Assembly: GCA_051294375.1 (NCBI GenBank)
Contig: CM119268.1
Location: 15,749,103 to 15,813,102, forward strand
Length of the DNA: 64,000 bases
From: Paraspadella gotoi
Lineage: Eukaryota; Animalia; Chaetognatha
Direction: 5' to 3'
The position numbers were made by a program, and so were the translations under genes. Below are positions 53,665 to 64,000 of the stretch, one piece after another (the stretch's first letter is position 1; every line of letters begins with the position of its first letter). Below the pieces are notes generated by a model, which worked only from the letters and a program-made list of their open reading frames with translations, made no database searches and was not told where the DNA came from.

Positions 53665-54199
53665 CATGTTTGATGATTTGTTGGCGAGGGACAGCGATTG
53701 TGTTGAAAATAGGAAGGGAGTATTTTAGTTGAGATGAGAGAGATGGAGAAAGAGAGAGCGCGAAGTCACTTTTTAGTATTTAATAAAGTTTACTGAAAAT
53801 GTTATGATGTTTAACTTTCATCTTGAAACAAGTACACAACTACTAGAGTTTTTCACAAGTCGAACTTAGTATGGAAAGATTTTGTTTGGCCGCGTTAAAA
53901 GACAGACAAAATGGGGACGTAAAGGTCACAAAAGCCATAAAGGTCGCGAAGGTCGAAAACTCTCTCGGCGTTTTGAGATTCTTTAATCTAAAATTCTCTC
54001 TTTGGACGGAAATTGTTGCTCTTTTCTTTGTTTTCCTTAGTTCCATTTTTTCTCTAAATTGGCCACCTTTAAAAGTTCTCTCTTTCTGACTTTTCTAGTT
54101 TTTTTTTGGGCTGTTTTCTCTCGAAACTATGTAGTATGTATCTAAACTTTTTTTTTATTAGTCACTCTCTTTTCCATTCTTCTTCGCATTCCTCTTTTT

Positions 54200-54380
54200 C
54201 TTTCCTCGGATTCCGTGCACTCTCGCTGCTTTAAACCAGGCACTCAATCCGGCCGCCTTCCAGTCCCCTTTGGTTACGATCCACACGCCTCCCAGCCAAT
54301 CATATTGGCGCTTCCGCCGCCGCCCCTTAAGGTCGCAGCCCCGCCAGTTCACGACCCCGCCACATCGCAGCCCCGCTTCT
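54200..54380 (-). promoter_or_regulatory. Candidate promoter island (GC boxes, paired CCAAT, TTTAAA)
   Basis: Several CCCCGCC/CCGCCC boxes at 54315-54377, palindromic GCCAATCATATTGGC at 54295-54309 and TTTAAA at 54230-54235. The order fits minus-strand initiation near 54200. Confidence 0.4.
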
Positions 54381-55462
54381 CTGCGTCGTCGCGTAACCGG
54401 GGGTTTTCGCCTTTTTCTATTCCTTATGGATCGGAGACTCGGAATCTCCGGAGAAGATGACGGGGCTTAGGCCGCTTAAGGGGCTCTCAACTTGGGGAAA
54501 GGGGAGATTCAGATTTTTCTTTTTCCGAATTGGAGATGAAATTTCATCCTCGGATGTGAGATTAGAATTGAGAAGGACGACGACTTTGTAGAAGGCGACG
54601 TTGACGACGATGTTGACAAAAGAGATGACGAACAAGCGGGCGATGATGATTTTTAATCCACGATATTAATTATGCTTTGAATTTTACTTTTACTTTTAAT
54701 CAACGATATCAATTATGAAAACTTCTCCATTTTGGCGAAACATCGATCCGATTTACTTCCGCTCGCTCCCGATCACTATTTCCAGATCATATTGTCTCCT
54801 ATTGTCTTCTCCGTCTTCTTTATTCCCTCCCAACTTATCTTACCCCTTTTTTATATTCATATTTTCTCTGTCAAGACTCTCCCATGCTCTCTGCTCCATG
54901 TTCCATGCCCTTTAACTTTTCTCCTTTACTTTTTCCTATTTTCCACATATTTCTTCCCATATTTTTTTTCGGTTCGCTTTTCCCTTTTCCTCTTTCTCCA
55001 CCATTCCACACCCCAACCCTTTCCACACCCCAACCCTTTCATTCCCTTTTCCCCTTCTCAATCCCACCTCCTTTGCTCCCTTTTCTTTTCTTTTCCTCTC
55101 TCCCCTTGTCAGTTCCTCCCCCCCTACCCCACTACGCGCTTCTCTTTTCATTTTGCATATTTCATCTTTCCCCCTCGGGATTTTTTCCTACTTTGAGGGT
55201 CACACAAGTTAATTTTTATCCGGCTCAGTTTTTCTTTTCCGCTTTTCTTGTTTTTAGATGTTTTCTTTTTTAGAATGTTTTCCTTTTACAATTGTTATTT
55301 TTTCTATTACATAAATTTAAATAGACGCTACATATCATTTTATAACACTAGTAAATTTATGTTAGAAAAAATATATTGAATAAAAAACTGAATAAAAAAA
55401 ATGCAGATGGCAAAACGAAACAGTCTCTAAGGAACCGCAACAAAAAGGTTCAACCGCTTTGC

Positions 55463-55573
<111 letters not shown>

Positions 55574-55699
55574 TTTCGGAGCGGCGCATTTTTCGCGACG
55601 TCGCCGGTCGATTGCGGAGGCCGGGAAAGTGGACGTCGGAGGCGGAAAAAACCGGCCGGCCGAGGTGAGAGAAGAAAGAGAGAGAGAGAGAGAGAGAGA

Positions 55700-55753
<54 letters not shown>

Positions 55754-56230
55754 GTCGCCGGTCCGGCCACGATAAAGGGCAACCCTTTGACAACAACAAT
55801 ATGTTGCCGTGCTCGTCCCGACGTCTCCTCGCCCCACCCACTCCCGACGGGCCCTTGCCCATGCCACTCTGTGCTCTCCCTCTCTATCCACATCTAATCC
55901 CAACTCTGTCTCTCTCTCACTCTTCACTTCAGTATTTCCCTTAACCTTCTCTCCACTTTTAATACATGTGTTGCTTCGCACTTTCACATTCTCGCTCTCC
56001 GGTCTCCACCATCTCAACCTCCTCCACCATCTTCATCTTCATCTTCACCGCCTCCGACGCCGATTCCTTTCACAGTCTCACGAACCTCACCCGCTCACAA
56101 CCCCCCGCCCCCGCCTCTCTCCCTCCGTCGGCGATGGCGTGCCACCTCGTATTATTCATGGCCCCGTCACCGAATTTGGCGGAAAGAAATACAACAACAT
56201 CTCGGGAATGTCTGGTCGGGACTACGAGGA

Positions 56231-56265
<35 letters not shown>

Positions 56266-57389
56266 TTGACGACTTTGAAGTGAGTTGACAATGACCTTGT
56301 GACATGATATCGTATATAATTATTACTAATTGACAATAATTACTTAAAACCGATTTAAAATAACACATTCGCTACAAAGAAGGCAGTACTGTAAAATCGA
56401 CGGACGAAGACTAAAGGAGAATAACAACGACACCAGCAGAAAATAACAACAACAACAACAACAGCAACGACGACGATGACGACGACGACGGACCGCGACG
56501 GACGATGTCGGCGAAGTTGACGTCGACAAGTGGCGACCTCTCTCGGCCGCGAAGCGAAACGTCGCGACCCGAGAGAAACAAATGATCAAATTATGGAAAA
56601 TGGCGATTATAGAGGAGGCGGAGAGAGAGGAGGGAGGGAGGTGAGGGGGGAGACCAAAGAGAGGAGAAGGGAAAAAGGTCAAGAGTTAAAAAGTATTAAG
56701 AAATAAAAAGAAAGGAAAAAAGAAAAATGAATAAAAAAATATTTTGTTTAAATTTAATAATAACATTCACGTAAAATAAAGAAAATGTTTGATTTGTTTA
56801 TATATATTTATTTGATAAAATCGGCGATACGTACGTATAAAATCAGAATCATATTTGTTTATTCTAGGTTTTCTTTTGTCGAATTAAATTTCACGAAAAA
56901 AAAATCACGTATTTCGTCCATTTTTTTTTCACGAGTAAAACTGACAACTAAGAAGTTTTTGTTTACTTCGAANNNNNNNNNNNNNNNNNNNNNNNNNNNN
57001 NNNNNNNNNNNNNNNNNNNNNNNNNNNNNNNNNNNNNNNNNNNNNNNNNNNNNNNNNNNNNNNNNNNNNNNNNNNNNNNNNNNNNNNNNNNNNNNNNNNN
57101 NNNNNNNNNNNNNNNNNNNNNNNNNNNNNNNNNNNNNNNNNNNNNNNNNNNNNNNNNNNNNNNNNNNNNNNNNNNNNNNNNNNNNNNNNNNNNNNNNNNN
57201 NNNNNNGCTTTTCTCCCCCGGTTTTTCTTGGGGATTCGGGGATTGGGAGTTTGGGACGGGTTGCGGGGAAGGGGTCAGGTTTTTGGGGATGGGTTTTAGG
57301 AAAGAGGTATGAGGGTTTTAGTGAAAAGGAACTGATGGGATTGACGATGATGTTTCGAAAAAGTTCAAGGGAGGAGAGAGGGCAATAAT

Positions 57390-57439
57390 TATTAGATATG
57401 CATATTAGATATGCATTAGATATGCATATTAGATATGCA
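57390..57439. repeat. (ATTAGATATGC[AT])x4 short tandem repeat
   Basis: Read directly. Confidence 0.9.
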
Positions 57440-58415
57440 GGGCTGAGAAGTGAGACTAACAACAGTTTTGGAAAAAGTAGTTTATTATCTTATAATTCTG
57501 ATCTTCCGCTCAAATTTCGAGATCACGAATGATCTTGACATAAAAGTCTTCTTAACGTCTTAAATGTCTTTTAAACCGTCATTGTTTTTTCTTTGCCCAA
57601 TCAAACAATGACTTCCTAATGTCCTTGGCGACAGGATCGACGACCACAACGACAACGACGACAACGACGACGACGTCAACGGTGACGACGCCAAGGACGA
57701 CAACGACGACGACGACGACGACGGTCGCAAGATGGTCATAAAACGATGGAATATAACAGAACGCCATCATGATAATGGAAAAGGAGGAAAACGAGAACGA
57801 GAGAAAAAGCGAGAGGGAGAGGGAGAGTGAATAATGAAAAACGGGGAAGTTCCATTTCTCACAATGGATTAGCGAGAGANNNNNNNNNNNNNNNNNNNNN
57901 NNNNNNNNNNNNNNNNNNNNNNNNNNNNNNNNNNNNNNNNNNNNNNNNNNNNNNNNNNNNNNNNNNNNNNNNNNNNNNNNNNNNNNNNNNNNNNNNNNNN
58001 NNNNNNNNNNNNNNNNNNNNNNNNNNNNNNNNNNNNNNNNNNNNNNNNNNNNNNNNNNNNNNNNNNNNNNNNNNNNNNNNNNNNNNNNNNNNNNNNNNNN
58101 NNNNNNNNNNNNNNNNNNNNNNNNNNNNAATACCATTAAAGAATTCCTTAGAAATTAGTACCTACTAAGTACGTAAAAATACAGCTAGTGATAATAGTCT
58201 TTAAGTAACGTATCTGACGCCCATTTACTTCCGGCAAATATATTTTCTCAATAACAAAATTATTTTCTAAATTTTTTCAACTGAAACTCATAACCTCTCG
58301 CGCTCCCACCCCCCCCCCGCCCTTCTCAAGGCGAAGCGGGTGAGATTTTAATTTACTTTGCATGTTCAATGAGGCGGCGTTTTAAGAAACTCTCTCTTTT
58401 GCTCTCTCTCACCTC

Positions 58416-58449
<34 letters not shown>

Positions 58450-60555
58450 ATCTCTCTCTCATTCGTCCTCTCTCTCTCTCTCACTTTTCCATTTCTCCTT
58501 TTAAAGAAAGGGGAAGGATAAATATTATTTATTCAAATGTCGGAAGAATAATCAAAGCTTTTCTCTTCTTTTTTTTTGGTGAAGCTTCTCAGTTTCATCT
58601 TTTTATAAATCTGATTCTCATCTTTTGGCGAGGTTGTATTTTAACAATAAATTTATATTTCACAGCGACTGTAAAATAGAATGAACCGTATTTGTTATTA
58701 ATATTTAAGCTTTAAAAAATTATTCACACAGTCTCAATAATAAAATAATAAATAATAAATAAAAAAAGTGAAAATTCTTGGAATTTTTTTGTCCAAAAAA
58801 ATATGACAAAAGACCCTTTTGCTCTTTTCACTTGAAATCCCATCGAAGGGGGAAAAGACTAAAAACGTTGTTTATCAAAAAGGAGAAAGGGAGAGAGGAG
58901 AAAAGAGAGAGAGGCTTTCCAGTCAGAGGAAAATCGAGTTACTTGGGCTACAAATGCTTTCGAGATGAGATCCTAATTTGATTTTTTTTCCTCCCTGAGA
59001 GAAGAGAGAGACAGAGAGAGTGAGAGGGAGAGAGAGATGACAAGCAGAAAAAAGATGACAATTTTCTTTTCCCTTCAAGCCGCCAGGGGGTCGACTCTTT
59101 TTTTTCGGGATCGAACGGACCAAACCTTTGCGTCAGTGGAAGGGACAACACCTCAGCGTCCGTAACATTAACCACGATTCCCTATTTCGAGAAATAGCCT
59201 GAGTACAACTTACAATACTTATGATTTCATCATAAATACTTGATCATCTCAATCTCGAATTCGCATATTCATTTCATTCTCCACTCTTGTTCACTTTTCC
59301 CTGAGTCACGTCTTTATTTTTTTCACCTCACCATCACTTCACACCGGATTTCCAACTCTTNNNNNNNNNNNNNNNNNNNNNNNNNAAAAAAAGGAGAGAG
59401 ATTCGGGGACGATCGACGACGACGACGCGGACGACGACGACGACCATTGACCTCGCTATGGAAAAGGAAATGAAGTCGTACGTATAGTCTCTCTCTCTCT
59501 TCTCTCTCTCTCTCTCCTCATCTCTCATCTCTCTCTTCTCTCTCTCTCTCCTCTCTATCTCTTTCTCATCTCTTTCTCATCTCATTCATAAAAGATTGGA
59601 CCTCTTTTTCGCCACATTCTGGTTAGGAATTGCCTGCTTTTTTCGTTGCCTCTTTCAAATTAGCGCTGCCAGCTTTTCAAACCAAATTACCTACAATTGC
59701 TTTATTTACGAATGTCCTTCTTACCTTGGTGGGAAGGTATACTTTTTCAATCAGTGATTATTCAGACATCACTCTCTCTCTTCCCTCTCTCCCTTCTCCT
59801 CTTTCCCTCATAGTGAAATTGTTGTCAATTATTTAAATATTTCATATCTCAATTTTCGCGCAACAGTTCTAAAAATAATATCTATTGGGGCCTAGCAATT
59901 TTTTTTCCGACTTATAGTACATCCCCTCCGTCGTGTGAAGGCTCACAGATTCCATCTCACAAAGAGACAGAAACGATGTGAATCGACGGAACACTGAAAT
60001 TCTGCGCGCGATTCGAATTAGATGATAAAGACGGAGAAAGAAGATTGGATGAGACCCTCGAGTCAGGAAGGAAGGAAAAAGAAAAGACGCAGGGAGAAAA
60101 AGAAAGTAGATTAGAAGGAAAAAAAGACGAGGGAGAAAAAGGAAAGTAGATGTAGAAAAGAAGAGAGAAGGACAGAGAACGAGAGAGAAACGAGAGAAAA
60201 AGGAAAAGACTAGTACTGTAGAGGAAAGAAAATACGAGTGAGGAATATAGTGAAGAGGAAAAAAATAAAATAATAAGGAAATATTGAATATATAAAAACA
60301 AAAAAGTCATGTGCCCAAAGTTTTGAAATTAGACTATGCTCAGTTGTGAAACTTATAAAAGAAAAATTAAGACGTTAGGGGGGGGGTCGCGGAGTGGGGG
60401 GGACAAGACATGAGAGCGAGTTAGTTTCGAAGTAAAAGGAGGAAGGAAAGAAAGGACACTTCGAACTGCCGCGTCACGCGTGGATCGTCCGAAGGACGGG
60501 AGAAATTGATCGCTGATAAGTGTAGAACCGTGAGAGGCGAAGGAAAAAGGGAGAA

Positions 60556-60635
<80 letters not shown>

Positions 60636-62689
60636 AGAGAGAGAGAGAGAGAGAAAGATAGAGACAGAGAGAGAAACGGATTCCGTTTGCTTCGTGACGA
60701 GTTCAGACGCCTCATATGGCGAGCATCAAAGCAAGCTTAAAAACTACTAACATACTAAACTTACTGACACACGACTATATTAAAAATGAGTAAATCAAAT
60801 TCGTCCTTTCTTTCTTTTCAAAAAAAAAACAATAACATCCGTGATTTTTCGCTGCTTTTATTTCCCTTCTTTTTCTTTGCTTTATTTTTCTTTTCTATCG
60901 TTCCCTTATTTTCCTATCTTCTGCCCCCACTCTCTTCCTCCCTCTCTCACCCTCTTTCCTCCAATCGAACGAAGTACGCCCTGAACTCTTCAGCTTTCTT
61001 TGCGCTGAATTACCGCCACGCCTCTTTATCGTCAAATCTTCCTCTTCCTCTTCCTTCCTCCCTATTTTTTTATATTCTATTTTTGTGTCTCTTTTTCTAA
61101 ACTCTACATTTCCTTACAATTTCCCTTTTATTTCTATATGTGTATATTTACTATCTCATTTGTCTTTTTCCTTTCCTCTATAATTCTTAACTTATAATTT
61201 TTTGAATTCTATCACCCTCGTCTTTGCCCTAATATCACGCACTCTAATGATTTCTCCCGAGTTCCCTTTTCTTTTGCCAAAACAATTGAACAAAAATGTC
61301 ACTGTTCGGTTCAAAGAGAATCTTAATATACCCACAGGCCACCTCGTTTTTAAGAATAATTACTATTATATATCGCTTCGTATTTTTGGAATTTCACGAC
61401 TTCAAAATTATACACATAATTACATATTAATTTATTCAAGGCGAGATCTTATTTTAATAATGTATGTTAAGAACTAAATTTATTTTTTTAAAATTAAGAG
61501 TATAACTTTATAACTAAATATTCCTAATTTCAAAAATAAAGCCAACTCTCTCTCTCTCTCTCTCTCTCTCCTCCAAAAAGTCTCGAGCTCTCAAAAGACG
61601 TCTCTACAGACTCTCTCCTCTCGTCTCTCTTATAACCGCCACTCATCTCTAGTCTCTCACGCACGCACGAATCTCGCTTTCCTTCCGAAGATGCTAATGC
61701 TTACGCACTTTTTGAACAGTTTTATTTAAAAATGCTTCTTGCTCTTGCAGATTTAGTACATCTTATATTAAAGCCAAAGGTTCATTCTTCTGTTCGGTCT
61801 CTCAGAGATAATTTTATAAATATTTATCAAATATTACTAGTTTGATTATAGATCTCAATTAATATTCAACTATATTATTAATTTCACTTTTAATGACACA
61901 TCTCCTCATAGAATACTTATTCTAATAATTCTTTTTAAATCCAATTAATATTACCCCGTCGTATTTGGTTATAGTAAAACTTTCTTTGGAGTAAATTTCT
62001 CCCCTCCCCCATCTACATCCCTCTTCCTCCATTCTATATTTTCCCCCTGCCCCTTTTTATCCCATATCCATTAGGCGGGTCAAAATTTAACATTTTTTTA
62101 CAATATGAAAAAGTCTGCAATAAAAGTCTTTTGCCAAATTGACTTATGATGTTAATTTTTGATTAAATTAATTTTTCTCACGCAGGAAGCATTTTAATAT
62201 TTAACAATATATAAGAATGCAAAAAGTTATTTTAAGAAATTTAAATTTTAAAAATGGATTCTGAAAAAGATTAAAAAGTTAGATAAGGTTAGTACTACAA
62301 ATTTCGAAAATTTAATAATGATAAGATGGCTAAATATTGAAAAAATTAAAAAATCATCATCATCATCATTCATTAAATTTATATATTTTGTTAATTTTCT
62401 AGATAATCATTACAATTTTCAAAAAGTTAGTAATAATAACCTTCATCTAACATTTTTAAGCTCTATCAGAATCCGTAAAAAAAATAAAATTTCTTTAAAA
62501 AAATTGTTAACATTATATAGTATTAGGATATATAAAATAGCTTCCATGCGTTTAACAATAGATAAATCTTAAATTTTTTTTTAAAATTTTACACATAACA
62601 TAATTTATACGGACTTCTGTAGTCTTGTAACCCTTCCCCTAAATATCCATCCCTCTTCCCTTTCTTCCCTCTCCCACTTCCCCCTTTCT

Positions 62690-62890
62690 TCACGTGCGAT
62701 CGACTCGAGGCGAAAAATAATTATTTTCTCGTCGCGGCGTCGCGAGTCTCGACGATCGAACCGAGAGGCGAGTTTCACCTTCGGGTTTTCGTTTCACCAA
62801 GCTCACGTGACTGGGGGATCTATCGATCACTCACGTGATTGCGAAACCACTCGATTTCGGACTCGACGTGTCTCGCGTTGGACGCACGAA
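62690..62890. promoter_or_regulatory. CpG-rich island with three CACGTG E-boxes
   Basis: CACGTG at 62691, 62804 and 62832 (the last two as TCACGTGA); TATCGAT at 62821. Confidence 0.45.
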
Positions 62891-63215
62891 AATATACGAA
62901 TACGAATCAAATAAAAAAAAAAAAGCCGCATTTGTATTCTTCATCTTTTTTTTTTTGTTGATTCTTTCTTTCATTTACTTCATAGTCGATCGTTTTTAGT
63001 TACTCCCTCCTCGCCCCCCCTAATTTTCTTTATTCCCCCCGCTCGCTTCTTTTTTCTTTCCCCTCGGTCCAACAAAAACAATTTGCGGAAGATGTTTGAA
63101 AACACAACAAAACATCATCATTCAACCGCGACCGCAGCCGAATCACGCCTTCCCCATTTGCTTCATCCGCCCGGCGGAGTGAGACACTCGTTTCTCCTCA
63201 CTCTCTCTCTCTCTC

Positions 63216-63271
<56 letters not shown>

Positions 63272-63297
63272 CTCTCTCGTTCTCTCTCTCTCTTCTC

Positions 63298-63370
<73 letters not shown>

Positions 63371-63640
63371 CTCTCTCTCTGGCTCTTATGTTTTATGCTC
63401 TATCAAATTAAAATTTTCTAAAAAAGAGTCGTCTTGAATTACGCTGGTCATTTTTTTTTCAGCAAGAAGCAAATAATGAATAAAAATAAATTCCACCGTC
63501 GCCCAACGCAGGAGGTGGAACTGAGAAGAGGGGAAGGTTCATTAGTGAAGAATCAGAAGGTGAAGTGCAGGAGTGAGGTGAGGCAAGAAAGAAAGAAAGA
63601 AAGAAAGAAGAAAGAAAAGAAGAAAGAAAGGAAAAAGAAA

Positions 63641-63672
<32 letters not shown>

Positions 63673-64000
63673 AAAGAAGAAATTTAAGAAATCAATAAAA
63701 TGTATGTAACTATTAAAGGTAAAAAAAACTAAAAGAAAAAAAGAATAAAAAAGAAAAGTGACACACTAAAACAACTAAACAAAGTAAACAAACCGAAAAC
63801 GACAAACAACGACGACACACCATCGAACCCCCTTTCGTGCGGCGTTCACGCTTCCGTCGCATCAAGAAAAACAAACTCTCCTCTCTTCTCTCTTCTCTCT
63901 CTTCCTCGTTCTCTCTCTCTCTCTCTCTCCTCTCTCTCTCCTCTCTCTCTCTCTCCTCTCTCCCTCCCCTCCCCTCCCTCCCTCCTTCCATTTCTCTCCG

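Overview
Eukaryotic (invertebrate-type, AT-rich, mostly 55-190 nt GT-AG introns) genomic window in two halves. Positions 1-18.7 kb are gene-dense. I assembled five intron-containing genes by hand with consistent splice phases: PSMD3/Rpn3 (minus, 3' end outside the window), ERO1 (plus, head-to-head with PSMD3), a stum/SPEC3-domain membrane protein (minus), a group III secreted phospholipase A2 nested on the same strand inside an intron of that gene, and a ~993-aa secreted coiled-coil + Thr-mucin + fibrinogen-domain protein (minus). The last ERO1 intron holds a complete 643-bp miniature LTR retroelement (TRIM) with PBS, PPT, 4-bp TSD and a tRNA-like Pol III cassette inside each LTR; this is the most striking item. 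Positions ~19.6-64 kb contain no recognisable protein-coding gene. They are rich in (GA)n/(CT)n microsatellites, with a foldback MITE, other inverted repeats, GC-rich regulatory-looking islands and seven N gaps. Almost all ORF-track entries there are repeat artefacts. All calls are by eye; no database search was run.
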